The notes: generated by a model from the letters alone, not told the origin. A stretch of DNA of 64,000 bases from an uncultured Lachnospiraceae bacterium (GCA_964498965.1 CAZCJU010000001.1:38008-102007); one strand, 5' to 3'. Counted from the first letter of the stretch, positions 24,044-32,317 are shown. Numbers and translations: made by a program.

Positions 24044-25786
24044 TTACGTGCTTGCGAAAAGCACTATTTCGTTCACCGTACATCGTCCGTCCGCCTCATC
24101 GTTTTCCATTCTCAGCTTAACACTGTCGACACCTCGCAGATTCAGTCGCCGTTCGACCGACGACGGTCTGCCCTCACACTCAAACGAAAATCTGTTGAAA
24201 TCCATTGCGGAAAAATCGAATGCCTCACAGCAAAAGCACCCGTCCTCGCCGCATACCTTAGGCACGCCGACATTCGGCGAAACGGTTATTTTGACGTTCG
24301 TATGCGGCTCCGGAATGAGCGAGGCGGAAAGTCGGTAAATGTTTTTTCTGCCGTTCACCCCGAGATCCGCAAACGAGCTTTCCCATACCGCCTTGTATGC
24401 TCGCCCGTCGTCGGTGTACGTACCTTCGCCGAAGCGGTACAAGCCGTTTTCGTTCGAAAAATACACCGTTCCGTCGCAATCGTAAAACCTTTCGGCGTTT
24501 ATCCCGTCGTAAAAATACCACGCCGCACGCCTGTAGTTATATACGCAGATCGTGCCGCCGTAGGCGAGCCACGCCTCGCCCGCACCGGTTGCGTCGAAAA
24601 CGGTACAGTTTTCGAGAAACTCCCTCGTCAGCAGACGATCTACGGGAGATGAGATACGCTGTGCGTTTTTTTCGTCACGCACGTTCGTACCGCTCCAAAC
24701 GTAAACGCCGTCGGGGCTTACGGTAAGCGGTATGTTGTTGACCGGCACGCCGCCGTCCCTTATACAGCCGACCTTGCCGTTGAGCGGAAAGATCGGATAT
24801 GCGTTTTTCGTGTAATCGCCGTCCTCGACGCTCGATTGGGAAATGTACCATGCGTCCTTTTCGGTAAATACCGCAAGCGTCGAATAATGACGCACGAGCG
24901 AGGTGACCGGCGTGCCGTCGCCGACACGAATGAAGTTGTTTACGGGAAAATACATACAGTCCGCTCCCTTGTCCGTCACATCGGAGTAATATATCACATT
25001 GTCGCCGCCGTATACGAAAAGTGCCGAGTCGGTTCGAGAACCGAACGCACAAAAGCTCTTTTCGTAAAACAGACTCCTGTCGGGAAAATTCGGGTCCTTT
25101 AGCGAAAAAGTCACCTCAAGCCCGTCGGGAACCGACGAGGACGGAATGTGCATGAGCGTAAGCGTTCTCTTGCTCCTGTCGTAGCTGTAGCCGTCGGCGG
25201 GCAACGCAAGTCCGTTTTCTACCACGCCGACCACCGATAACGCCTCGGAGGGAAGCACGAAATTCGAGCTTGTGCCGTTCGGCGAATACGAAATTCGAGC
25301 GTAGGGCGACAGGCGGTTGAGCGATTCGAGTGCTATGCCGCCGCCCTCGTTCGGTGCGGTCACCGCCACCTTCGGTATGTACGGCTCGCATTTTCTTATG
25401 TTGTACCCGTCGAAAGTCAGGATATCCTCGCCTCCGACGATGTAAAGCGTGCCGCCGAAAACAAAACAGCTTCTTTTCGTCGTTTCACCCGTGTCGTATT
25501 CGACCGTCGAACCGTCGTCAAGGCTTTTTGCGATCACCGTCGTTCCCGATTGATAAACATACTTGATTCCCCTGCCCATACGTCCGCAATACAGCCCGTT
25601 TGCGTCCGAAATTTCCGCCACACGCTCGTAGCCGCTTCGCTTTTTGAGCTTTCCGTCGTCCGTTATTCGCCAATTACGCATATAAACGGCGTTTTTTACC
25701 TGCGAACCGAGGCGTCGGGTGCAATCCGTGCCGCCGAAATCGTCAAGCGTCATTCTGACGCTCGGCGTTTTTTTGAACAGCATCAT
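24044..25786 (-). CDS. Phage-like structural protein (580 aa; tail/nozzle-like, beta-rich)
   Basis: Position is downstream of the capsid and adaptor-like genes. Beta-rich repetitive sequence with many G/Y/V/T. No enzyme motif recognised. The function is inferred from context only. Confidence 0.45.
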   Translation of the reverse strand: MMLFKKTPSVRMTLDDFGGTDCTRRLGSQVKNAVYMRNWRITDDGKLKKRSGYERVAEISDANGLYCGRMGRGIKYVYQSGTTVIAKSLDDGSTVEYDTGETTKRSCFVFGGTLYIVGGEDILTFDGYNIRKCEPYIPKVAVTAPNEGGGIALESLNRLSPYARISYSPNGTSSNFVLPSEALSVVGVVENGLALPADGYSYDRSKRTLTLMHIPSSSVPDGLEVTFSLKDPNFPDRSLFYEKSFCAFGSRTDSALFVYGGDNVIYYSDVTDKGADCMYFPVNNFIRVGDGTPVTSLVRHYSTLAVFTEKDAWYISQSSVEDGDYTKNAYPIFPLNGKVGCIRDGGVPVNNIPLTVSPDGVYVWSGTNVRDEKNAQRISSPVDRLLTREFLENCTVFDATGAGEAWLAYGGTICVYNYRRAAWYFYDGINAERFYDCDGTVYFSNENGLYRFGEGTYTDDGRAYKAVWESSFADLGVNGRKNIYRLSASLIPEPHTNVKITVSPNVGVPKVCGEDGCFCCEAFDFSAMDFNRFSFECEGRPSSVERRLNLRGVDSVKLRMENDEADGRCTVNEIVLFAST

Positions 25787-25799
25787 AGTTTTCCTCCCG

Positions 25800-26174
25800 T
25801 CAAGAATATACGTCCTTTATCTGCGATATGTCGGCGGGAAGCGAGGCTATGTACCTCGCCCTCGCCGCCTCGTATTCGCTTCTGAGCCTGTCCGAAAGTG
25901 CGGGATTTTCGTCCGCACACAGCAAATACGCAAGCTTTATCGAACATAGCCAGCCAAGCGGCTCGTCAAGCGGAAACGCACCGTCAAGCCCCGAAAACGG
26001 CGACGGCAGTACCGCCGTCCCGCTTTCGCCCGTCGTCCTTTGCAAAACGGACAGCTCGCTTATCACCGCCCGCAGGAGCAATGGCGTCCTCTCCCTCAGC
26101 TCCCGTGCGTTTGCCGTCGTGCTGTCCTCGGAAATGTACGCACAAGCCGTATCGAATATGTCGGACAGCAGCAT
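25800..26174 (-). CDS. Small phage-like head-completion/adaptor-like protein (124 aa)
   Basis: Start ATG 26174 lies 2 nt after the capsid-gene stop (TAA-AA-ATG). The longer track ORF overlaps the capsid gene. Function assigned from position only. Confidence 0.4.
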   Translation of the reverse strand: MLLSDIFDTACAYISEDSTTANARELRERTPLLLRAVISELSVLQRTTGESGTAVLPSPFSGLDGAFPLDEPLGWLCSIKLAYLLCADENPALSDRLRSEYEAARARYIASLPADISQIKDVYS

Positions 26175-26176
26175 TT

Positions 26177-27010
26177 TTACGCCTCCTCGCCGAGCGTAAC
26201 GTCCAAAAGCATAAGCTCCTTGGGGTAAACTATCTTCGCTCCGTAAAGGTGAAGCCCCTTCACCGCATCGGCAAATCTCTTCTCGGGGCGGTATGCCTCG
26301 ACCTCGTTTATCTGCTCCGCAAAGGCTATGGCTCGCTTCGTTCTCGCAAAACATTTATATGCACCGCCGTTTTTGACGATATTGTTCGAAACGTATACCT
26401 TGAAGCCCAAAAACGTACCGATACAGCCTTTGTCAAGCTCGCTCTCGTTGCTCGTGCCGTTCATTATCTTCGCCTTGATTATCTTTGCGGCAACGGCGGG
26501 CGTAACCTCCAAAATTATCTCCTCGTTACCGGCTACGTTGTTTTCGAGCAATGCCCGACGTACCCCGAGGAGCAGATCGATAACTCCGTCCGACGTGAGA
26601 GAATCCGCTTTTACCGTGTTCTCCGCGGATACCGAAGAATAAAGCGAATAAATGTATTTGTCCGCTTCGTCGGATAATGCGGAAGCGGCAATGCTCATCG
26701 CCTCCTGCATGAGCTTGGGCGTGGATTGTGCTTTGTCTATGTCGTCTATCAAAAAGTTGAAGCCCTTTGCCCTGTCGATAACAAGCGAACGCTCCGAATC
26801 CGAAAGCTCCTCCGGAGCTTCCATGTCCGTGTTCTTTTCGTAGTCGAATACACTTATCGGATTGATTCCGATTATCTTTACCGTGTCGCCGATGCTCTTG
26901 ATGTCACCCTCGAAATCCCGACTGCAATTTTTCACGCCGATGTATTCCTTTTCAAGCTCTCTGTAAAGCGTTTCGCTCCATATTTTGGGTATAAAATAAG
27001 AAAGTGCCAT
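26177..27010 (-). CDS. Major capsid-like protein
   Basis: 277 aa. The N-terminus MALSYFIPKIWSETLYRELEKEYIGVKNCSRDFEGDIKSIGDTVKI resembles small P22-coat/HK97-fold capsid families of Firmicutes phages. Sits after the portal and scaffold-like genes. Confidence 0.6.
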   Translation of the reverse strand: MALSYFIPKIWSETLYRELEKEYIGVKNCSRDFEGDIKSIGDTVKIIGINPISVFDYEKNTDMEAPEELSDSERSLVIDRAKGFNFLIDDIDKAQSTPKLMQEAMSIAASALSDEADKYIYSLYSSVSAENTVKADSLTSDGVIDLLLGVRRALLENNVAGNEEIILEVTPAVAAKIIKAKIMNGTSNESELDKGCIGTFLGFKVYVSNNIVKNGGAYKCFARTKRAIAFAEQINEVEAYRPEKRFADAVKGLHLYGAKIVYPKELMLLDVTLGEEA

Positions 27011-27039
27011 TTTTTATCTCCTTTTAAATTTAATTTCAT

Positions 27040-27140
27040 TAAGCCTTCCCCCTTGGGGAAGGTGTCAGCCGAAGTCCCCACTTCGTAAGGCTTCCCCCTT
27101 GGGGGGTAGGTGTCGATCCGAAGGCTTGACGGATGAGGAC
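27040..27140. repeat. REP-like GC-rich hairpin element inside the phage-like cluster
   Basis: ccttcccc-cttg-gggaagg (27044..27062), aaggcttcccccttggggggtagg, and gtcgatccgaaggcttgacggatgaggac, which recurs almost verbatim at 61782..61810. Confidence 0.75.
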
Positions 27141-27153
27141 ATTATCCCGCCTC

Positions 27154-27209
27154 ACATCGATCGTCGATCGTCGAACGTCAATCGTCGAACGTCGAACGTC
27201 AATCGAAAA
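27154..27209. repeat. Tandem array of about eight 7-bp units (WCGTCRA)
   Basis: acatcga tcgtcga tcgtcga acgtcaa tcgtcga acgtcga acgtcaa tcgaaaa. It starts at the stop codon of the 114-aa gene. Confidence 0.85.
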
Positions 27210-27543
27210 AGCCGCCTTGCTCCATGCTTTCGACTATCGCGATATAATTTTCTCTGACCTCTTTATCCGTCATGCACGCAACCTGCTTTGCCGTAAAAAA
27301 GCCGTTTTTGCCGCCGAGGCTTATTTTGCCCGAGCTTTCCCGGCGGTTTTTGCCGTTCACACGCTCCGCCACGCCTCCCAAGCTGTCTTTGTCTATCAAA
27401 TATCTCGCATACGCTTCCTTAAGCGAGCCGCCGTCGGCTACACTTCGCCACACCGTATCGGGTATTGCGTCGGGATCGACCTCGGGATATGCGTCGAAAA
27501 GCTCCTCGATGCTTTTCGATATTTTATCTTCCTTATCGCTCAT
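27199..27543 (-). CDS. Scaffold-like small acidic protein
   Basis: 114 aa, acidic N-terminus. The C-terminal motif FTAKQVACMTDKEVRENYIAIVESMEQGGF resembles phage scaffolding-protein C-termini. Lies between the portal and capsid genes. Confidence 0.4.
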   Translation of the reverse strand: MSDKEDKISKSIEELFDAYPEVDPDAIPDTVWRSVADGGSLKEAYARYLIDKDSLGGVAERVNGKNRRESSGKISLGGKNGFFTAKQVACMTDKEVRENYIAIVESMEQGGFFD

Positions 27544-29116
27544 TTATTGCGTTTCCTCCGTTTTCCGCTTTTTCTTCTTTATTTTTCTCAAGCTCCTCGA
27601 GTAACCCGCCTCTGTCGGGTATTATTCCGTCCGGCAGACGCGACAGATACTGCTCGAAGCTTATAAAACCGCCCGAAAGGAGCTTATCGAGCGTATTTAC
27701 CGTCACCGCAAGCGAATATCGTACTCCCGCACCGACATCGACCTTGCAGCCGATGAGCGAATCGGCGAACGCACGCTTGTCGGGCAAGTGACCTCCCGTA
27801 TGCTCGCCGTTTTCGGTATACGGCAGCAATCGCTCGGGCGGACAATATTCTATAAGCATTTCCGACCAGCTCAACGCCACGTCCTCTATCGCCGCATACA
27901 GGCTCTGACGCAGGCTTTCAAGCGGTATGTCGCTCGCCTCCTGCAAAGCTATTATGGCACTCGTATTATTCGGGCTTACCTCGCCCAGTGCCGTATCCGT
28001 CGCTCCCATAAGCTCTTTCGTGTCACGCATCGTCATCGAAATTATTTCGAGAATGCCGCTCTGCATTTCTCCCGTTCCGATCACCGATGCCGCCGAACGT
28101 ACATCGCCGCCCCGCACGCCTATCGCCTCGCCGACCTCGTTGCTCCACTCGGGTATGAGGCTTTTATCGTATACGACCTTGGAAAACGCCGTATCCGTCA
28201 TGTGCTTCATCACCATGGCGTATGCTTTGTTGATGTATTTCTGATTTTCGATAAGCGACGTTACGGGGGCTTGTCCTATATAGCTGCCTTTCGTCCGCTC
28301 CCATGCGAAAACCGCTATCGGATATCGCTTAAGTCCCGTAGTGCATTCGGCTATCACCGCCTGCCTCGTGCTTTTTTGCCATACGACATGCCCGTTTTCA
28401 TCACGCGAAAACCTTATGAGGTACGTGCAGTTGCTCTCCGTTCCGCTCTCCGTATCGAACAGCTCCCCCGCACCTCTGCCCTCCGGTCTGTCGGCGGTTA
28501 TAAGCGACAAGGTATGCTCATCCGCTCCGTTCCCCTTCGCCTCCCTGCGAAGCGATTCCACCGATGCCCGTCCGCTTATCATCACGTATTCCTGCGACTG
28601 TATATCGTCGCTGTTCACACTTGCCACAAACAGCTCCGTGCTGTCACACAGCACCGTTTTGATATCGCCCGAAAACGGCTGTCCCGTCTGCACATCGGCA
28701 TCCCAATACGTATAAAATACGCCGTTGCCGCTTATCGCCGCATCGAGCAACGCATTTCGTATAAGCACCTCAAGCTTCGATTTGTCGAAGCGATATTCGG
28801 CGTTTTTGTTTAATAACGCTATCCCCTCTCGCCGCTGACGCTTGTAACCGTCCTCCTGCGTGCAAAACAACGCCTCATCGCTGTAATTTATATGTATCGG
28901 CTGTGCCGAAACGGAGCTTATCATGTAATTTATAACACGCTTTATCACGTTGAATACGGGCTTGGGAAGCTCCGCCGAATTTACCCCCGCCCACTGCTCG
29001 CCCCGATAAAAGCGTTCGTTTTCCCGCACACGGGAATACAGACCGAGCTTACGCTTGTATTCCGTTCCCGCTTCGTATTCCTCCCATGCACGTGTCAGCT
29101 TTTCGTTACCGCTCAT
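27533..29116 (-). CDS. Portal protein
   Basis: About 527 aa from ATG 29116 (GGAGAAGG RBS). The N-terminus EYKRKLGLYSRVRENERFYRGEQW is portal-like. Sits immediately after TerL. The 84-codon upstream extension in the ORF track overlaps TerL and is rejected. Confidence 0.7.
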   Translation of the reverse strand: MSGNEKLTRAWEEYEAGTEYKRKLGLYSRVRENERFYRGEQWAGVNSAELPKPVFNVIKRVINYMISSVSAQPIHINYSDEALFCTQEDGYKRQRREGIALLNKNAEYRFDKSKLEVLIRNALLDAAISGNGVFYTYWDADVQTGQPFSGDIKTVLCDSTELFVASVNSDDIQSQEYVMISGRASVESLRREAKGNGADEHTLSLITADRPEGRGAGELFDTESGTESNCTYLIRFSRDENGHVVWQKSTRQAVIAECTTGLKRYPIAVFAWERTKGSYIGQAPVTSLIENQKYINKAYAMVMKHMTDTAFSKVVYDKSLIPEWSNEVGEAIGVRGGDVRSAASVIGTGEMQSGILEIISMTMRDTKELMGATDTALGEVSPNNTSAIIALQEASDIPLESLRQSLYAAIEDVALSWSEMLIEYCPPERLLPYTENGEHTGGHLPDKRAFADSLIGCKVDVGAGVRYSLAVTVNTLDKLLSGGFISFEQYLSRLPDGIIPDRGGLLEELEKNKEEKAENGGNAINER

Positions 29117-29175
29117 TGTTCCTTCTCCCCCCGTCCTCGGGCTGTACCGTAAAGCCGTCGGACTAATGACTATGA

Positions 29176-30483
29176 CTAATAGTATATTATACTGCTTCTG
29201 TTCTCGGCCCGTTTTCGCCTCGCTTCGTACCGCTCCCTTTCCGTCCGAGCCTTTTCCGGTCTTGACATCACAAGATATCTCAACGCCTCCGGCAGGTGCG
29301 TTATCGAATGCGGCTCGCTCGAGCAGTCCTCCGTCCTCGTCTTGTCGTAGGTAAGCAACGACAGACAACGGTACAGCTCGGGACAGGCTCTCGAAATGTA
29401 CAGCTTGCCGCTTCCGCCGTGTATGTATTCTCTAAGCACACGCCAGCCCGGCACACGCCTGTCGTCGGCTCGTATCAGCGGTGCTATGCCGTCAAACGAT
29501 GCCATTATCTCAAAGCCCGACCGACCCGTGTCCTGCCGCCTGTTCCAAAGGTCCGGCGAGGCGGCTATGTATTCGCAGGCGTAAACGGAGCAACGCCTCG
29601 ATATTTCCTCCGCCGCCTCCGATAACGTCAGCCCCGAACGGTAATACTCGTGTATTATGTACAGATTTCCGTCGCTGTCCGCCGTGCCTACGATAAACGC
29701 AAGCATATCAAAGCCGTAGTCAAGACCGCCGAACATTCGCCAATGCTTAGGCGGCGTGAACGGCTCGCAAAGGTGCGTTTCGCCGAGTGAGGGAAAAAAC
29801 TGTCCCTCGAATACGTCCCATTGCCCGTACAACCACGCACGGCGAAGTCCCTCGGGCAAACTCTCCAATTGCTTTATATATTCTCCGTCCTTTTCAAGCA
29901 GTGCTTTGTTGTCGTAGGCACTTGCCTGTATAAACCCGTATTCATCTCCGTCCTCGCCCTGCAAATACCGCCTGTCGATAAATAATCGCTTCACCCACGC
30001 ATGACCGACTCCGCCCGGATTGCACGTCAGATACATTCGCTTCGGAAAACCGTTCGTGCCTCGTAAACATGCCTTGAGCGTCGAAAACTGATACTCCGTC
30101 AGCTGCGTTGCCTCGTCAAGGGCTATAATGTCGTATTCCTGACCTTGATATTGAAGCGTGTCTCCGTCGTCGTTCATGTAGCCCGGCTTGAGCAACGAGC
30201 CGTTCGGAAATCTGAAGCATTTCTCCGTTTCCGAATATTTCACACACCCGCCAAGCTCCGCCCGAAGCGGCATTATGTGATTGTACCTAAGCTCCGGATA
30301 ACTCCGTCGTATTATAAGACACCGTATGCCCGGATAGCGAAAGCATAACAATATCAGCTTTCGCCGCAATGCCCAGCTCTTGCCGCCCCCTCTGCTCCCG
30401 CCGTATGCCGTGTACTTTTTCTTCGAAGCGAAAAACAGCTTTTGCTTCTCGTTCGGCTCGCCCGCCAGTATAAGCTCTCGCAC
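29176..30483 (-). CDS. terL: Terminase large subunit
   Basis: 435 aa. Walker A YGGSRGGGKSWAL, Walker B-like YDIIALDEAT, and a C-terminal RNaseH-like nuclease region (GLDYGFDM...). Confidence 0.9.
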   Translation of the reverse strand: MRELILAGEPNEKQKLFFASKKKYTAYGGSRGGGKSWALRRKLILLCFRYPGIRCLIIRRSYPELRYNHIMPLRAELGGCVKYSETEKCFRFPNGSLLKPGYMNDDGDTLQYQGQEYDIIALDEATQLTEYQFSTLKACLRGTNGFPKRMYLTCNPGGVGHAWVKRLFIDRRYLQGEDGDEYGFIQASAYDNKALLEKDGEYIKQLESLPEGLRRAWLYGQWDVFEGQFFPSLGETHLCEPFTPPKHWRMFGGLDYGFDMLAFIVGTADSDGNLYIIHEYYRSGLTLSEAAEEISRRCSVYACEYIAASPDLWNRRQDTGRSGFEIMASFDGIAPLIRADDRRVPGWRVLREYIHGGSGKLYISRACPELYRCLSLLTYDKTRTEDCSSEPHSITHLPEALRYLVMSRPEKARTERERYEARRKRAENRSSIIYY

Positions 30484-30484
30484 C

Positions 30485-30814
30485 TTATTCGTAATCCCCG
30501 TGCGAGCATATCACATTGATGTCGCCGCCCGTATCCTCGCCGACACCGTAGCCGAACCGCTCCTTCATGTAAAGATTCAAAACGGACGACGATATCCTTT
30601 TCGTGTTCGCATTCAATGCCTCGTCCTCGAATACGGAGTCTATAAGCTCCGCTTCCTCCTTGTTTCTTCGGCAAAGCTCGTCGAATTTTTCACGCGTCAG
30701 GTGCATATATCTCAAATACCCCGCACGGTTCGGTATACGCTCCCGCTCCGCACACGCCTCAACATAATTCTCCACACTTTGCAAAAACCTTTTTCCGCTC
30801 ATCGCCGCATTCAT
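30485..30814 (-). CDS. terS: Terminase small subunit-like protein
   Basis: 109 aa, directly upstream of TerL with a 1-nt gap. The HTH-like N-terminus (FLQSVENYVEACAERERIPNRAGYLRYMHLTREKFDEL) is typical of small terminases. Confidence 0.6.
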   Translation of the reverse strand: MNAAMSGKRFLQSVENYVEACAERERIPNRAGYLRYMHLTREKFDELCRRNKEEAELIDSVFEDEALNANTKRISSSVLNLYMKERFGYGVGEDTGGDINVICSHGDYE

Positions 30815-31005
30815 AATATCCCTCCGTCACAGATAAACTCAAAAAGCCTCTCGGCAAAGCTCTCTAACCCCTCCTCGTCCGCAAGCTCGGCTAAGTCGCT
30901 TACGCACAGCTCGTTTACACATTCTCTGCATATGCCGCCCGTGCAGGTTCGAAGCACGTCCTCTTCGTCCGATTCCCTACAGCAAATCTGACACCTGTTC
31001 GTCAT
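30811..31005 (-). CDS. Cys-rich (zinc-finger-like) 64-aa protein, first gene of the phage-like cluster
   Basis: ATG 31005 with an AAGGAG RBS 6 nt upstream. Sequence MTNRCQICCRESDEEDVLRTCTGGICRECVNELC... contains CxxC...C...CxxC. ATGA overlap with terS. Confidence 0.5.
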   Translation of the reverse strand: MTNRCQICCRESDEEDVLRTCTGGICRECVNELCVSDLAELADEEGLESFAERLFEFICDGGIL

Positions 31006-31045
31006 TTTCACTCCTTTTCGAAATTTCAAAATCGATCCCAAACAC

Positions 31046-31059
31046 CGAACATTTGTTCG
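31046..31059. promoter_or_regulatory. LexA (Cheo/SOS) box
   Basis: CGAACATTTGTTCG is a perfect match to the Firmicutes LexA consensus CGAAC-N4-GTTCG. It lies 41 nt upstream of the first phage-like gene. Confidence 0.75.
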
Positions 31060-31074
31060 GCTATAATTTTCAAC

Positions 31075-31285
31075 CGCCCCTCGCCTTCTCCCGAAGCCGC
31101 TCTCTCATAGCCTTCCGCCCTCTTGGGAAAGATGCCGGCGTAGCCCCCTCCCGTAAGCTTCCACGTAAACCTTCCCTCTCGGGGACGGTGGCAATCGCAC
31201 CCCTTCGTAAGCCTCCCCTACCCCTCGTAAGCCTCCCCTTCGGGGAAAGGTGTCGGCGTAGCCGCCGGATGAAGGCGGTTTTTCT
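31075..31285. repeat. Cluster of REP-like GC-rich hairpin elements in the leader of the phage-like cluster
   Basis: Several family words: gccttctcccgaagc, ccgccctcttgggaaaga, ccttccctctcggggacgg, cctccccttcggggaaagg, and tgtcggcgtagccgccggatgaaggc. Confidence 0.7.
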
Positions 31286-31286
31286 C

Positions 31287-31300
31287 CGAACAAATGTTCG
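31287..31300. promoter_or_regulatory. LexA (Cheo/SOS) box
   Basis: CGAACAAATGTTCG, a perfect consensus in inverted orientation. Confidence 0.75.
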
Positions 31301-31313
31301 GTTGTTATTTTGT

Positions 31314-31327
31314 CGAACATCTGTTCG
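31314..31327. promoter_or_regulatory. LexA (Cheo/SOS) box
   Basis: CGAACATCTGTTCG, a perfect consensus, 27 bp centre-to-centre from the previous box. Confidence 0.75.
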
Positions 31328-31339
31328 CCAATCCTACCC

Positions 31340-31368
31340 TTGACAAGTTTACATTTTTATGATATCAT
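31340..31368 (+). promoter_or_regulatory. Candidate plus-strand sigma-A promoter (thrE-like operon), facing the phage-cluster promoter
   Basis: TTGACA (31340..31345), 17-nt spacer ending in TGA (extended -10), TATCAT (31363..31368). Confidence 0.5.
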
Positions 31369-31388
31369 ATATCGTGATTGCAGCATTG

Positions 31389-31402
31389 CGAACATTTGTT
31401 CG
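31389..31402. promoter_or_regulatory. LexA (Cheo/SOS) box overlapping the start of the phage-cluster transcript
   Basis: CGAACATTTGTTCG, 12 nt downstream of the minus-strand -10 hexamer. Confidence 0.8.
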
Positions 31403-31414
31403 TTTGCATTATAT

Positions 31415-31443
31415 ATTATACCACATTTTTCCGATTTTGTCAA
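31415..31443 (-). promoter_or_regulatory. Consensus sigma-A promoter driving the phage-like cluster
   Basis: Minus strand: TTGACA (31443..31438), 17 nt, TGG-TATAAT (extended -10, hexamer 31420..31415). Near-identical to the cassette at 37205..37233. Confidence 0.75.
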
Positions 31444-31498
31444 TACTTTTCAGTCAAAAATCGAAAAAACGGATTTCAACCGATCATTCGGAGAAAAT

Positions 31499-32317
31499 AT
31501 GGAAAAATACGATTTCACCGAAATAACCGACCTCGCCGCCTATGCGGGCAAGCTTTTGCTCGCCTCGGGAGCGGATATCGTGCGTGTCGAGGACACGGTA
31601 CGTCACATCATGCACTCCTACGGTGTAGACGATTTCGAGGTATTCACTCTGACCAACGGAATATTTTTGTCCTCTCGGGGCAAGACGGTATCGCTCGGCA
31701 AGGAGATCGAGAGTGCCGACGCGATACGCGATTATTTACGCGTTCGCAACGTACATTTATATTCCACGGATCTCGGCAAGATAGACCGCATAAACACGCT
31801 GTCCAGGCGACTTGAGGGCGGCGGGGTATCGCCGTCGGAGGCATATGCGGAGCTTGAGCGTATCGAGGCGTTGCCGCACCATTCCGTGCTTTTGCGTTTA
31901 CTCGCTTCCGGAGTGGCATCGGGGGCGATATGCTATATGTTCGGCGGCAGTGCGATCGACCTACTGTCGAGCTTCGCCGTAGGCTTCGTCTATTACATTT
32001 TGGCTATAGTGCTTGACGAAACCAAGCTGTCAAGACTGCTGACGAACATAATATGCGGCTTTGCCATAGCCGTATCGGCATACGGGCTTCGCTTTTGCGG
32101 AGTCGATGCCGACGTTGACATGGTCATAATCGGTGCGATAATGCCGCTCGTGCCGGGTGTATCATTCACCAATGCGGTACGGGATCTGGCTTCGGGCGAT
32201 TATATTTCCGGCACGGTACGAATGACGGACGCACTCATAGTCGCCGTCGGAATAGCCGTCGGTGTCGGCAGTGTCGTCGGTCTGCTCGGATTTTTACCCG
32301 GAGGAGGCGGCATATGA
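31499..32317 (+). CDS. Threonine/serine exporter family protein, ThrE-type N-terminal subunit (DUF1212)
   Basis: ATG 31499 with a GGAGAAAAT RBS. MEKYDFTEITDLAAYAGKLLLASGADIVRVEDTVRHIM is typical of the family. Polytopic C-terminal half. Confidence 0.75.
   Translation: MEKYDFTEITDLAAYAGKLLLASGADIVRVEDTVRHIMHSYGVDDFEVFTLTNGIFLSSRGKTVSLGKEIESADAIRDYLRVRNVHLYSTDLGKIDRINTLSRRLEGGGVSPSEAYAELERIEALPHHSVLLRLLASGVASGAICYMFGGSAIDLLSSFAVGFVYYILAIVLDETKLSRLLTNIICGFAIAVSAYGLRFCGVDADVDMVIIGAIMPLVPGVSFTNAVRDLASGDYISGTVRMTDALIVAVGIAVGVGSVVGLLGFLPGGGGI

Larger units (their letters stand above)
20414..31443 (-). mobile_element. Phage-like structural + lysis gene cluster without recognisable integration, replication or lysogeny genes (defective/domesticated phage or GTA-like candidate)
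   Basis: 13 co-directional genes from the promoter at 31443..31415 to the stop at 20414; see the individual CDS entries. Both flanks are housekeeping genes. REP-like host repeats are embedded in three internal intergenic gaps. Confidence 0.6.

Noticed and set aside
27533-29368. 611-aa version of the portal ORF overlapping the TerL 3' end
   Set aside because: The first 84 codons overlap terL in another frame and read through low-complexity sequence. ATG 29116 has a strong GGAGAAGG RBS and gives a portal-like N-terminus.
20414-31041. Intact inducible prophage
   Set aside because: No integrase, excisionase, CI/Cro-like repressor, replication, tape-measure or tail-tube genes are visible. No obvious att direct repeats were seen at the borders. 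The flanks are housekeeping genes and the cluster is only about 11 kb.
31053-31343. ORFs of 96 aa (+) and 71 aa (-) in the cluster leader
   Set aside because: Both lie wholly within the REP-like hairpin cluster and the LexA boxes. Their Pro/Arg/Gly-rich translations are typical of that repeat family.
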